DNA of 29,647 nucleotides from Clostridiales bacterium. Lineage in GTDB: Bacteria > Bacillota > Clostridia > Oscillospirales > Oscillospiraceae. The notes below the pieces were generated by a model. The model made no database searches. It saw only the letters and a program-made list of their open reading frames with translations, and was not told the DNA's origin. Made by a program: the position numbers and the translations under genes. This document shows positions 8,865-17,960 of this stretch, piece after piece. The DNA lies in NCBI GenBank assembly GCA_012729875.1, contig JAAYCC010000016.1, forward strand, positions 1-29,647, written 5' to 3'. Positions within the stretch are counted from its first letter, which is position 1; the number at the start of each line of letters is the position of its first letter.

Positions 8865-10454
8865 ATGGCACGTATCAAGAGAATAATGCCGATTATTCTG
8901 GCACTCGCTATTTTAGCGGGCGCTCTCGGCGGATGTGGAAGCGAAAAAACGGCAGAGAGTCCGGAACAGTCGCCAGAGGCTTCCGACGGCGCAATGCCCA
9001 AGGAGAAAGCAAGCTACCCCTCGGACGGCAAATTTACACTCAACTGCAGCCTCTCGTCCAGCTTCAACCCCATGACGACGACAGATCTCTCCAATATCCT
9101 CGTGACACAGCTTATGTACGACAATCTGTTGGAGGTGGACGCGGCCTTTAACTATACGCCGGGTGTTGTCACCGAGTGCAAAAGTGACGACGGAAGCGGC
9201 TGGTATTTTCAAGTGGACACCAACGCGAAGTTTTGGGACGGAACTCTGGTCACTGCTTACGACGCGGCATACTCCGTTCAGTGTGCTATGCGCAGCCCTC
9301 GGTTTTCCGACAGGCTGGACTGTGTAATCGGTGCCGAAGCCGAGAACGACGACACCTTCGTGATTAACATTAACGGTAAAAACACACTCTTTCCCGTATT
9401 ACTGAATATCCCGCTCATAAAAAACGGTTCTGTGGGAGAGACCATCCCGATGGGCAGCGGGCCTTATGTTCTCAATGGGGAGATGAGCGAGCTTGCAGTC
9501 AATACCCACCATGAAAATGCTGCGAGCCTGCCCGTAGATAAGATCTACCTCACCGAAATCACAGATATAGAGGATAAAATATCCGCTTTTGAGGATGCGA
9601 AAATCGATCTTGTGACCAACGACCCCATGTCCTTTACAAATCTGGGCTACGGCTCAGCCAACGAGAAGCGCGCCTATGCCACCACGAATATGCACTATAT
9701 AGGCTTCAATCTCTCAGGCCAATATTTTTCCAACACCTTGTTCAGAAAGGCAATGACATACATCATTGACCGCGAGTACATCGTTACGAACATAATGAAC
9801 GGAATGGCCTCTGCCGCGACCCTGCCTTTTCACCCTGCCGGGGAGTATTACAATGAGAATTTTTCTGAAATAATTTCCTGCTCCGTCAGCAAAGCCGAAG
9901 AGGCGCTGGATAAGGCGGAGGTAAAGGACTATGACAATGACGGATTGCGTGAGATAATGGTGACCGGAATCCCGATAGAGACCGGCATAGACTTTATTGT
10001 CTGCAGTGACAATGTATATAAAATCCAGGCGGCGCGCTCTATTGTGAAGAGTATGGAGGCGCTTGGCATAAACGTCACCTTGCGCGAACTGCCATGGGAA
10101 GCCTACAAGACGGCCCTTACTGCCGGCAATTATGATATGTACTACGCAGAGACAAAGCTGTCTGCCGACTTCAATCTCAAAGCCATGCTGTTTATGGGCG
10201 GGCCGCTCAACTACGGGGGCATCAGCGATAGTACCCTAGAGGGCCATATCTCCGCCTATATGTCCGCGTCCGACGAGGAAAGACAAAAGGTAGCTAACCT
10301 GATGTTCAAATACCTCACCGACACGGCGCCCATCGTGACAATTTGCTTTGAAAAACAGCAGGTCGTCACCCATTCGGGAGTTATTACCGGTCTGCGGCCC
10401 ACACAATACAACATTTTCCATGGGATAGAGGAATGGAAGATCGATCTTGGGTGA
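8865..10454 (+). CDS. ABC transporter family 5 (peptide/nickel-type) substrate-binding lipoprotein
   Basis: Signal peptide with lipobox LGGC, SFNP/YDNLLEVD, F.DGT.VTAYDAAYS, GSGPY, FRKAMTYIIDR features of SBP family 5. Confidence 0.8.
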   Translation: MARIKRIMPIILALAILAGALGGCGSEKTAESPEQSPEASDGAMPKEKASYPSDGKFTLNCSLSSSFNPMTTTDLSNILVTQLMYDNLLEVDAAFNYTPGVVTECKSDDGSGWYFQVDTNAKFWDGTLVTAYDAAYSVQCAMRSPRFSDRLDCVIGAEAENDDTFVININGKNTLFPVLLNIPLIKNGSVGETIPMGSGPYVLNGEMSELAVNTHHENAASLPVDKIYLTEITDIEDKISAFEDAKIDLVTNDPMSFTNLGYGSANEKRAYATTNMHYIGFNLSGQYFSNTLFRKAMTYIIDREYIVTNIMNGMASAATLPFHPAGEYYNENFSEIISCSVSKAEEALDKAEVKDYDNDGLREIMVTGIPIETGIDFIVCSDNVYKIQAARSIVKSMEALGINVTLRELPWEAYKTALTAGNYDMYYAETKLSADFNLKAMLFMGGPLNYGGISDSTLEGHISAYMSASDEERQKVANLMFKYLTDTAPIVTICFEKQQVVTHSGVITGLRPTQYNIFHGIEEWKIDLG

Positions 10455-10479
10455 CCGCTGGAAAGGGGAGATTACGATT

Positions 10480-10869
10480 ATGACGGACAGAGAACTGCTC
10501 AATATGGCGAAAAATGCCTCCGAACAGGCTTACGCGCCATATTCGCGCTTTCTTGTCGGAGCAGCGCTTGAGTGTGCTGACGGCACGGTATTCACCGGCT
10601 GCAATGTTGAAAACGGCGCTCTGGGGGCGACGATGTGCGCCGAGCGTGTGGCGCTTTTCAAGGCCGTAAGCGAGGGCCAAAAGGACTTTATCCGAATCGC
10701 TATATATGCCGAGGGTGACGACTATTGTATGCCCTGCGGCACCTGCAGACAGGTTTTGAGGGAGTTTTCAACGGATATGGAGGTGCTCTGTGCCAGGGCG
10801 TCGGGCGGCTATGTCAGCTACAGGCTCTCCGAGCTTCTGCCACACGCGTTTACCTTTGGCAACTTTTGA
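10480..10869 (+). CDS. cdd: Cytidine deaminase (homotetrameric type)
   Basis: AYAPYSRFLVGAAL, GCNVEN, CAERVA and PCGTCRQ zinc motifs; start ATG 10480 after AGGGGAG. Confidence 0.93.
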   Translation: MTDRELLNMAKNASEQAYAPYSRFLVGAALECADGTVFTGCNVENGALGATMCAERVALFKAVSEGQKDFIRIAIYAEGDDYCMPCGTCRQVLREFSTDMEVLCARASGGYVSYRLSELLPHAFTFGNF

Positions 10870-10901
10870 GCACCACCCCACAAAAGGAGAAGCGTTTACC
10901 A

Positions 10902-11774
10902 ATGAATTACGAACAGTTGGAGGTTTTTATTTCCGTGGTGGAAAGCGGCGGATTTACCCGCGCCGCGGAGCTTATGAATACGAGCCACTCCACCACAAGC
11001 CGCAATGTTGCGGCGCTTGAGGAGAGCCTCGGGATCTGCCTTCTGAAAAGAGAGGGAAGGGGCGTAAGGATGACCCCTGCGGGGGAATTGCTATACAGCG
11101 AGGGTAAAGAGCTTATCAGCCAGACCCGGGAACTTGAGGACAAGATAAGACAGGCTGACGGCACATTGACTGGCAGCCTGAGTATTGCCAGCGTCAACCT
11201 GAGAAGTGACGCCCTGGCAGACGCCTGCAGGCGCTTCTGCGCTGAGTATCCGGACATTGTGCTGGGAATACACCCACGCGATTTGTCGGAGGTGTTCGCG
11301 CAGGTCGAGTCGGGCAGAGCGGACATTGGAGTAAGTTTTTCCTATGCCCTGCCGGGCGATATGGAAAATTTTGAGGTACGGACGATAGAGAAAAGCTCCT
11401 TCTGTGCGGTCGTACCGGAATCGCATCCTCTGGCGGGCCGAAAATCAGCGAAAATCGCCGAACTCCGCGAGTACTGCTATATCAGTGTGGGTGACCGCCG
11501 GAGCAGGTTTACGCGGGCGGTAGAGGACGCCGTTCTCAGGGAGAGGCCGGCGGGAGAGATTCTCATGGCTCCTACTTTGGAGTCGCTTTTTCTGCAGGTG
11601 CGCTGCGGCAACGGCATATCACTTGTGCCCAGGCCGATGGCGAGACTATTTGGAACGGGCTGCGCTATTCTGGATATAGAGGGGGAAAACACCGACTTTG
11701 GCGTGGACGTTTTTTGGACGCGCGGCGGCAATAATTCCGCAATAGAGATGTTCAGGGGCTTTATTGAGGAATAG
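10902..11774 (+). CDS. LysR-family transcriptional regulator, 290 aa
   Basis: N-terminal HTH QLEVFISVVESGGFTRAAELMNTSHSTTSRNVAALEESLG, then substrate-binding domain (HPLA motif); start ATG 10902 after AAGGAG. Confidence 0.92.
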   Translation: MNYEQLEVFISVVESGGFTRAAELMNTSHSTTSRNVAALEESLGICLLKREGRGVRMTPAGELLYSEGKELISQTRELEDKIRQADGTLTGSLSIASVNLRSDALADACRRFCAEYPDIVLGIHPRDLSEVFAQVESGRADIGVSFSYALPGDMENFEVRTIEKSSFCAVVPESHPLAGRKSAKIAELREYCYISVGDRRSRFTRAVEDAVLRERPAGEILMAPTLESLFLQVRCGNGISLVPRPMARLFGTGCAILDIEGENTDFGVDVFWTRGGNNSAIEMFRGFIEE

Positions 11775-11889
11775 AGAAGAGAAAAAACCTGCTTATCAAG
11801 TCGGGAAAAAGCTCTGATGTCACCGAACGCGACAGAAATCTCCGGAGAGCAGAGGCGGCGGCTGATACAAATTTAAAATTTGTCAGGTC

Positions 11890-11924
11890 ATGGGGGAGCG
11901 CTCTCGCGCTTCCCATTTGTATTT
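11890..11924 (+). terminator. Intrinsic terminator after secA-pgeF-SBP-cdd-lysR
   Basis: Stem ATGGGGGAGCGC / GCGCTTCCCAT with TCTC loop, followed by TTGTATTTT. Confidence 0.65.
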
Positions 11925-11978
11925 TGTATAGTTGAAGTTTAGAGGGGGTCGGTGCTCTTTGAGGATTTTTTACCCGCG

Positions 11979-12007
11979 TTTACAATTTTCATAAATATTT
12001 TTATAAA
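11979..12007 (+). promoter_or_regulatory. Possible upstream (P1) sigmaA promoter of the S10 operon
   Basis: TTTACA (11979-84), 17 bp, TATAAA (12002-07). Confidence 0.4.
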
Positions 12008-12022
12008 ATCTGTAAAATTCTA

Positions 12023-12051
12023 TTGACACATATAAAAGACTGTGATACTGT
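12023..12051 (+). promoter_or_regulatory. SigmaA promoter of the S10 operon
   Basis: TTGACA (12023-28), 17 bp, TACTGT with extended TG; AT-rich UP element upstream; predicted start G12058. Confidence 0.7.
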
Positions 12052-12096
12052 AACAAAGCGCCTGTTGGGAAAGTTGCGCCCAATTGCGCGCAAAAA

Positions 12097-12180
12097 TGCG
12101 ATGAAGCGGGAGATTGCGAACAGACGGTTCGGTAACTTCCGTGGAGTATGTCCGTCGCCGCAAAGCGGCATAATCGGGCG
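12097..12180 (+). ncRNA. S10 (rpsJ) leader RNA core
   Basis: TGCGATGAAGCGGGAGATTGC...GGTAACTTCCGTGGAGTATGTCCG...CGGGCG resembles, from memory, the conserved Firmicutes rpsJ leader; closing stem GTCCG/CGGGC with inner GCCGC/GCGGC hairpin. No covariance search run. Confidence 0.55.
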
Positions 12181-12375
12181 GTTGAGAACGTTCCTGTATC
12201 ACGCGTATATCGTTTGGACGGAGCTTGAACCGGAATAGAATATGTTCCGGTTTGTTTTTCGGACAAGGTCTGATACGCACGGCCAAGTGTACAGAAAAAT
12301 CGTCTCGCCGAACGCAAATTTTACCGATAGTACCCAATGCTGTCGGAAATCAAACGTTCAGGAGGAAAAAATCAC

Positions 12376-12696
12376 ATGGCATCACCTACAAACAAAAAAA
12401 TGATCCGCATAAGACTCAAGGCTTACGATCATCAGCTCATCGACAAGGCTGCGGAGAAAATAGTCGAGACCGCAAAGCGTACAGACGCCAAGGTTTCCGG
12501 CCCTATTCCTCTCCCCACCAAGAAGGAAGTCGTGACTGTCCTGCGCGCCGTCCATAAGTATAAGGATAGCCGCGAGCAGTTCGAGCGCCGCACCCACAAG
12601 CGTCTTATCGACATTATGAACCCGACTCAGAAAACAGTCGAGGCTCTTATGTCTCTGGAACTTCCGGCGGGCGTAGAGATCGAGATGAAGCTGTAA
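12376..12696 (+). CDS. rpsJ: 30S ribosomal protein S10 (uS10)
   Basis: [30 protein letters not shown]; ATG 12376 after AGGAGG. Confidence 0.98.
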   Translation: MASPTNKKMIRIRLKAYDHQLIDKAAEKIVETAKRTDAKVSGPIPLPTKKEVVTVLRAVHKYKDSREQFERRTHKRLIDIMNPTQKTVEALMSLELPAGVEIEMKL

Positions 12697-12993
12697 ATAA
12701 CGGCATAATCCCATATGTGGATACCTATGGGGATATATTGTTCCCCGATTGCGCACAGATTCTGTGCTATTAACTTGTCTTAACCCATTCGTCCGCTGCT
12801 TGCGTCTTCGGACGGGGTCAAGTCAGCAGCCTCTGGTTCGTTTCTTAACAAATCGAGAGCCCAGCGAAGCGGGTCTTGATTTGAGAGGATGGGGCCACAC
12901 TATACCGCAGTTTTCGCTTTAGCGGAAACGGAGTGTGAGTGCGGCCTAACGACGAAAGCGAGCTGACCAATAACCTTATAAGGAGGAAACATT

Positions 12994-13719
12994 ATGAAAA
13001 AAGCTATCATCGGTAAAAAGGTCGGAATGACACAGATCTTCGATGAAGCTGGCCGCGTCGTTCCGGTCACCGTTATTGAAGCGGGACCCTGCGTCGTCGT
13101 CCAGAAGAAGACGGTCGAGAAGGAAGGCTATAACGCCATACAGCTCGGCTATCAGGACGTCACTGAGCGCAAGCTCACCAACCCCGAAAAAGGGCACATG
13201 GAGAAGGCGGGAGTCGCTCTGAAAAAGCACCTCAAAGAGTTCCGTCTGGAGGCTTGTGACGCCGTCAATGTTGGAGACATCGTAAAAGCAGATACCTTTG
13301 CCGAGGGCGATAAGGTCGATGTGACCGGTATATCTAAGGGCAAAGGATACCAGGGTGTTATTAAGCGCTGGGGCGCTCAAAGGACACCCACCAGCCACGG
13401 CGGCGGACCTGTCCACCGTCACGCAGGCTCCATGGGTTCGGGCACTGACCCCGCCCGCATTTTTAAGGGAAAGATCGGCGCTGGCCAGATGGGCTGCGAA
13501 CAGGTCACCGTTCAGAACCTCGACGTTGTGAAGGTTGACCCCGAGCTCAACATGATCGTCGTTCGCGGCGCTATCCCCGGCCCCAAGGGCGGCATTGTCT
13601 ATCTTAAGAACACCGTCAAGAATATCAAGTCCAAGGGCGCCGGCGCCGGAATCAGCACCAACCCGCAGAAGCAGTCCGCGAGAGTCAATCCGCAGAAGGC
13701 CTCCGCAAGAAATAGATAA
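12994..13719 (+). CDS. rplC: 50S ribosomal protein L3 (uL3) with C-terminal extension
   Basis: [39 protein letters not shown]. Confidence 0.98.
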   Translation: MKKAIIGKKVGMTQIFDEAGRVVPVTVIEAGPCVVVQKKTVEKEGYNAIQLGYQDVTERKLTNPEKGHMEKAGVALKKHLKEFRLEACDAVNVGDIVKADTFAEGDKVDVTGISKGKGYQGVIKRWGAQRTPTSHGGGPVHRHAGSMGSGTDPARIFKGKIGAGQMGCEQVTVQNLDVVKVDPELNMIVVRGAIPGPKGGIVYLKNTVKNIKSKGAGAGISTNPQKQSARVNPQKASARNR

Positions 13720-13737
13720 GGGAAAGGAGAGAATCAG

Positions 13738-14361
13738 ATGCCTACTGCAACCGTTTACAATATGGCCGGCGAAAAAGTCGGCGAGGTCGAGCTCTCCGAA
13801 TCCATCTTCGGAATCGTACCCAATGCTTCCGTTGTGCATGACAGCGTGAAGAACCATCTGGCAAATTGCCGTCAGGGTACCCAGAGCGCTCTCACTAAGG
13901 GCGAGGTTTCCTACACCACCAGAAAGCCCTGGCGTCAGAAGGGCACAGGCCGTGCACGCGCCGGTTATGCCGGGTCCCCAGTGTGGAGACACGGCGGCGT
14001 TGCATTCGCCCCCAAGCCCCGCGACTATAGCTACGCCCTCAATAAGAAGACAAAGAGACTTGCACTCAAGAGTGTCCTCTCATCCAAAGCTGCCGAAAAT
14101 GAGATTATCGTTATCGACAATCTGAAGATGGATGAGATAAAGACAAAGACTTTTAAGACTTTTCTTGAAAAGATCGACGTCAACGGCAAAGCGCTTGTTA
14201 TCACAAGGGAACCTGACGAGAACATCGTAAAGAGCGCGAGAAACATTCCCGGCGTTGCAACTACCATCTCAACTATCCTGTCTCCGTATGAGATCCTGAA
14301 GGCAGGCAAGCTTGTAGTGGACAAGGCCGCGCTTGAGAAAATCGAGGAGGTGTACGCATGA
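13738..14361 (+). CDS. rplD: 50S ribosomal protein L4 (uL4)
   Basis: [40 protein letters not shown]. Confidence 0.98.
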   Translation: MPTATVYNMAGEKVGEVELSESIFGIVPNASVVHDSVKNHLANCRQGTQSALTKGEVSYTTRKPWRQKGTGRARAGYAGSPVWRHGGVAFAPKPRDYSYALNKKTKRLALKSVLSSKAAENEIIVIDNLKMDEIKTKTFKTFLEKIDVNGKALVITREPDENIVKSARNIPGVATTISTILSPYEILKAGKLVVDKAALEKIEEVYA

Positions 14362-14657
14362 TGAGAACCGCATATGACATCATCATCCGCCCCATCATAA
14401 CCGAGCAGTCAATGGAAGACCTTGACATTAAGAAGTATGTCTTTGAAGTTGCAAGGGACGCCAACAAGATTGAGATCAAGAAGGCTATCGAGGAGATCTT
14501 TGGAGTAAAGGTCATCAGAGTCAACACCACCATCATCCCCGGTAAGGAAAAGCGCATGGGCTCGATGCCCAAGGGCTACACCTCCGAGTGGAAGAAGGCC
14601 GTTGTCAAGCTCAGCAGAGATTCCAAGAACATCGAAATTTTCGAGGGTATGGTGTAA
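14358..14657 (+). CDS. rplW: 50S ribosomal protein L23 (uL23)
   Basis: [33 protein letters not shown]; ATGA overlap with rplD (start could be 14361). Confidence 0.96.
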   Translation: MMRTAYDIIIRPIITEQSMEDLDIKKYVFEVARDANKIEIKKAIEEIFGVKVIRVNTTIIPGKEKRMGSMPKGYTSEWKKAVVKLSRDSKNIEIFEGMV

Positions 14658-14672
14658 GGGAGGAAATGAGAA

Positions 14673-15509
14673 ATGTCCATTAAAACTTATAGACCCACTA
14701 CACCGTCCAGAAGACATATGACGGTCTCGGGATTTGACGGCGTTGACAAGCATGCAGCTCCCGAGAAATCCCTTGTAGAGGTTTTAAAAAAGAATTCCGG
14801 CCGCAACAATTACGGCCGTATCACCGTTCGTCATAAGGGCGGCGGAAACAGAAGAAAGTACCGCATTATTGACTTTAAGCGCAACAAGCTCGATGTCGCC
14901 GGTGAGGTTCTCCGCCTTGAGTATGACCCAAACCGCTCTGCGTTCATCGCTCTTGTTGAGTATCCAGACGGTGAGAAGCGCTATATACTTGCCCCCGTTG
15001 GTCTCAAGCCCGGCGACTCCGTAGTTGCCGGTCCCCACGCCGACATCAAGCCTGGTAATGCGCTGCCTCTGTCAAACATTCCCGTCGGTACCGTTATCCA
15101 CAACATCGAGCTTTACCCCGGAAAGGGAGCACAGCTTGTTCGCAGCGCCGGCGTTGCCGCACAGCTCATGGCTAAGGAAGACGGTATGGCGACGGTTCGT
15201 CTGCCCTCCGGCGAGTATCGCAAGGTCCGCATGAACTGCATGGCGACCATCGGACAGGTCGGAAATATCGACCACGGCAACATCCACATCGGTAAGGCCG
15301 GACGTAAACGCCACTTGGGAGTGCGTCCCACCGTCCGCGGCTCCGCCATGAACCCCTGTGACCACCCTCACGGCGGCGGCGAGGGCAAGTGCCCCATCGG
15401 TCGTCCCAGCCCTGTTACTCCTTGGGGCAAGCCGACACTCGGATATAAGACTCGCAAGACTAAGAACCAAAACGATAAGTTCATAGTCAAGAGACGCAAT
15501 GCCAAGTAA
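14673..15509 (+). CDS. rplB: 50S ribosomal protein L2 (uL2)
   Basis: [41 protein letters not shown]. Confidence 0.98.
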   Translation: MSIKTYRPTTPSRRHMTVSGFDGVDKHAAPEKSLVEVLKKNSGRNNYGRITVRHKGGGNRRKYRIIDFKRNKLDVAGEVLRLEYDPNRSAFIALVEYPDGEKRYILAPVGLKPGDSVVAGPHADIKPGNALPLSNIPVGTVIHNIELYPGKGAQLVRSAGVAAQLMAKEDGMATVRLPSGEYRKVRMNCMATIGQVGNIDHGNIHIGKAGRKRHLGVRPTVRGSAMNPCDHPHGGGEGKCPIGRPSPVTPWGKPTLGYKTRKTKNQNDKFIVKRRNAK

Positions 15510-15524
15510 GGAGGAGAACAGTTA

Positions 15525-15797
15525 ATGAGCAGAAGTGTAAAAAAAGGCCCTTATGCAGCTCCCGAGCTGCTTAAGAGAGTCGATGAAATGAACAAAACCG
15601 GCGACAAGAAGATCCTCAAGACATGGAGCCGCGCTTCGACAATTTTCCCGTCCTTTGTTGGCCATACCATAGCTGTCCACGACGGACGCCGCCATGTTCC
15701 GGTTTACATCACCGAGGACATGGTCGGACACAAGCTGGGCGAGTTTGCACCCACACGCACGTTCCGCGGTCATGCCGGCGGCAAGACCGGCAGATAA
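15525..15797 (+). CDS. rpsS: 30S ribosomal protein S19 (uS19)
   Basis: [31 protein letters not shown]. Confidence 0.98.
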   Translation: MSRSVKKGPYAAPELLKRVDEMNKTGDKKILKTWSRASTIFPSFVGHTIAVHDGRRHVPVYITEDMVGHKLGEFAPTRTFRGHAGGKTGR

Positions 15798-15808
15798 GGA
15801 GGAGAAAC

Positions 15809-16144
15809 ATGGAAGCAAGAGCTGAACACAGATATGCCCGCATCTCTCCCCGTAAGGTCCAGATAGTCTGCGACCTGATTCGCGGCAAGGACATTGCAAC
15901 CGCGGAAGCTATTCTTAAGAATACTCCCAAGGCCGCGTCCGAGCTTCTGATAAAGGTTTTGATGAGTGCGGAAGCAAATGCTGAAAACAACTTCAACATG
16001 GACCCAGACAAGCTCTATGTCAAAGAGACTTATGCAAATCCCGGCCCCATCCTCAAGAGAGGCATGCCGAGAGCTCAGGGCCGCATGTATCGCATCAACA
16101 AAAGAACCAGCCACATCACCGTTGTTGTGGCTGAGAAAGATTAG
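15809..16144 (+). CDS. rplV: 50S ribosomal protein L22 (uL22)
   Basis: [23 protein letters not shown]...[10 protein letters not shown]; ATG 15809 after AGGAGG. Confidence 0.98.
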   Translation: MEARAEHRYARISPRKVQIVCDLIRGKDIATAEAILKNTPKAASELLIKVLMSAEANAENNFNMDPDKLYVKETYANPGPILKRGMPRAQGRMYRINKRTSHITVVVAEKD

Positions 16145-16158
16145 GGAGGAGGCAGAAT

Positions 16159-17043
16159 ATGGGACAGAAAGTTAATCCTCACGGCCTTCGCGTCGGCGTT
16201 ATCAAGGACTGGGATTCCAGATGGTATGCAAGGAACGACAAGGTCGGCGATCTTATCGTTGAGGACCACAAGATTCGTGAGTACCTGAAGAAGACCCTGT
16301 ATTCCGCAGGAGTCCCGAAGATTGAGATCGAGCGCGACAGCGCGAAGGTCCGCATATATATCCACTGCGCACGCCCCGGCGTTGTTATCGGCCGCGGCGG
16401 TACGGAGATCGAGCGTCTACGCAAGGAAGTAGAAAAGATGATCGGCAAGCCCGTAGCGCTCTCCATTGTCGAAGTCCGTACTCCGGATACAAACGCACAG
16501 CTGGTTGCGGAAAACATCGCTCAGCAGCTTGAGAAGCGTATCGGCTTCCGCCGCGCAATGAAGAACGCCATGGTCAGATCTATGCGCATGGGTGTCAAGG
16601 GCATCAAGGTTATGTGCTCCGGCCGTCTCGGCGGCGCGGAGATCGCCCGCAGCGAGTGTTATCATGAGGGGACCATCCCCCTCCAGACCATCCGCGCGGA
16701 CATCGAATACGGTTTTGCCGAAGCAGCCACAACTTATGGCCGCATTGGCGTCAAGGTGTGGATCTACAAGGGCGAAGTCCTTTCTCAGACCCTTCGCAGC
16801 ACCCCGCGCACCATGGATATTTCCCGCGCGTCAGAGAACAATCGCGGTGACCGCAGAAGAGGCGGGCGTGATAACCGTGACGGCCGCGACAACCGCAGCC
16901 AGGGCGGCTATAACCGTGGCGGCCAAGGCCGCGATAACCGCAGCCAGGGCGGCTATAACCGCGGCGGCCAGGGCGGCTATAACCGCGGCGGTCAGCCCAG
17001 ACCTGCAGCAGAGTCAACCCGGACGGAAGGAGGCAATGCGTAA
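16159..17043 (+). CDS. rpsC: 30S ribosomal protein S3 (uS3) with long RGG-rich C-terminal tail
   Basis: [51 protein letters not shown]. Confidence 0.98.
   Translation: MGQKVNPHGLRVGVIKDWDSRWYARNDKVGDLIVEDHKIREYLKKTLYSAGVPKIEIERDSAKVRIYIHCARPGVVIGRGGTEIERLRKEVEKMIGKPVALSIVEVRTPDTNAQLVAENIAQQLEKRIGFRRAMKNAMVRSMRMGVKGIKVMCSGRLGGAEIARSECYHEGTIPLQTIRADIEYGFAEAATTYGRIGVKVWIYKGEVLSQTLRSTPRTMDISRASENNRGDRRRGGRDNRDGRDNRSQGGYNRGGQGRDNRSQGGYNRGGQGGYNRGGQPRPAAESTRTEGGNA
16882..16995 (+). repeat. In-frame tandem repeat in rpsC: 45 bp x2 plus a 24-bp partial unit
   Basis: 16882-16926 and 16927-16971 both encode [15 protein letters not shown]; 16972-16995 encodes GGYNRGGQ. Confidence 0.95.
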
Positions 17044-17474
17044 TGCTTCTGCCTAAGAGAGTCAAATACCGCAGAGTCCATCGCGGTCGTATGAAGGGCA
17101 AGGCCACAAGAGGCAACTTCGTCGCTTACGGCGAATACGGTCTGATGGCCACCGAGCCCAGCTGGATTACCTCCAATCAGATCGAAGCGGCCCGTATAGC
17201 CATGACCCGTTATACCAAACGCGGCGGCAAGGTCTGGATCAAAATTTTCCCCGATAAGCCCGTGACAGAGAAGCCTGCCGAGACCCGTATGGGTTCCGGT
17301 AAAGGTTCCCCTGAGTACTGGGTTGCAGTTGTTAAGCCCGGCCGTGTAATGTTTGAGATCGCCGGCGTTTCCGAAGAAACAGCCCGTGAAGCTATGCGTC
17401 TTGCAAGCCACAAGCTGCCCTGCAAGACCAAGTTTGTCTATCGTGAGGCTGATACCGAGACAGGTGGTGAATAA
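17043..17474 (+). CDS. rplP: 50S ribosomal protein L16 (uL16)
   Basis: [28 protein letters not shown]-like [15 protein letters not shown]; TAATG overlap with rpsC. Confidence 0.98.
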   Translation: MLLPKRVKYRRVHRGRMKGKATRGNFVAYGEYGLMATEPSWITSNQIEAARIAMTRYTKRGGKVWIKIFPDKPVTEKPAETRMGSGKGSPEYWVAVVKPGRVMFEIAGVSEETAREAMRLASHKLPCKTKFVYREADTETGGE

Positions 17475-17475
17475 G

Positions 17476-17670
17476 ATGAAGGCAAACGAAATACGCGAAA
17501 TGAGTGCCACCGAGCTTGAGAACAAGCTGATGCAGCTCAAAAAGGATTTGTTCAACCTCCGTATGCAGCATGCCACTAACCATCTTGACAACCCGACTAA
17601 GATCGCGGCTACCCGCCGTGACATTGCGAGAGTCAAGACAGTTATTCGCCAGAAGCAACTCGAGCAGTGA
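17476..17670 (+). CDS. rpmC: 50S ribosomal protein L29 (uL29)
   Basis: MKANEIREMS, LFNLRMQ, RRDIARVKT; true start ATG 17476. Confidence 0.96.
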   Translation: MKANEIREMSATELENKLMQLKKDLFNLRMQHATNHLDNPTKIAATRRDIARVKTVIRQKQLEQ

Positions 17671-17684
17671 GGAGGTAAACGATA

Positions 17685-17948
17685 ATGAGTGAAGAAAGAA
17701 CCACTTCCAGAAAGACCCGCGTCGGCAAGGTAGTTTCCGACAAGATGGACAAGACCATTGTGGTCATTGTTGAGGATCGTGTAGCTCACCCCCTCTACAA
17801 AAAGATAGTTAAGAGAACTTACCGCCTAAAGGCGCACGACGAGAAGAACGAGTGCGGAATAGGCGATAAGGTCAAAGTAATGGAGACCCGTCCCCTCTCT
17901 AAGGACAAGAGATGGCGTCTCGTGGAAATCATCGAGAAGGCAAAGTAA
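17685..17948 (+). CDS. rpsQ: 30S ribosomal protein S17 (uS17)
   Basis: [33 protein letters not shown]. Confidence 0.98.
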   Translation: MSEERTTSRKTRVGKVVSDKMDKTIVVIVEDRVAHPLYKKIVKRTYRLKAHDEKNECGIGDKVKVMETRPLSKDKRWRLVEIIEKAK

Positions 17949-17960
17949 GGAGGCCGCGAA

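Noticed and set aside
7673-9001. 442-aa antisense ORF over pgeF and flanks, plus other long overlapping ORFs on secA, iorA and DUF1846
   Set aside because: Aligned to or overlapping well-supported genes in GC-rich sequence, with no recognisable protein features.
11791-11866. CTTATCAAG...CTGATA after lysR, superficially like a SAM-I (or c-di-GMP) riboswitch
   Set aside because: Lacks the AGAG-GG.GGAGGGA, GCAAC and GGTGC core (and the GEMM GGCAAA/GACGCAAAG core), and no gene follows before the terminator.
12976-13992. 338-aa antisense ORF over rplC-rplD
   Set aside because: Codon-aligned shadow of two same-frame, strongly biased genes; no RBS or domain evident.
16882-16995. rpsC tandem repeat as a CRISPR-like array
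   Set aside because: In-frame coding repeats without unique spacers, and no cas genes.
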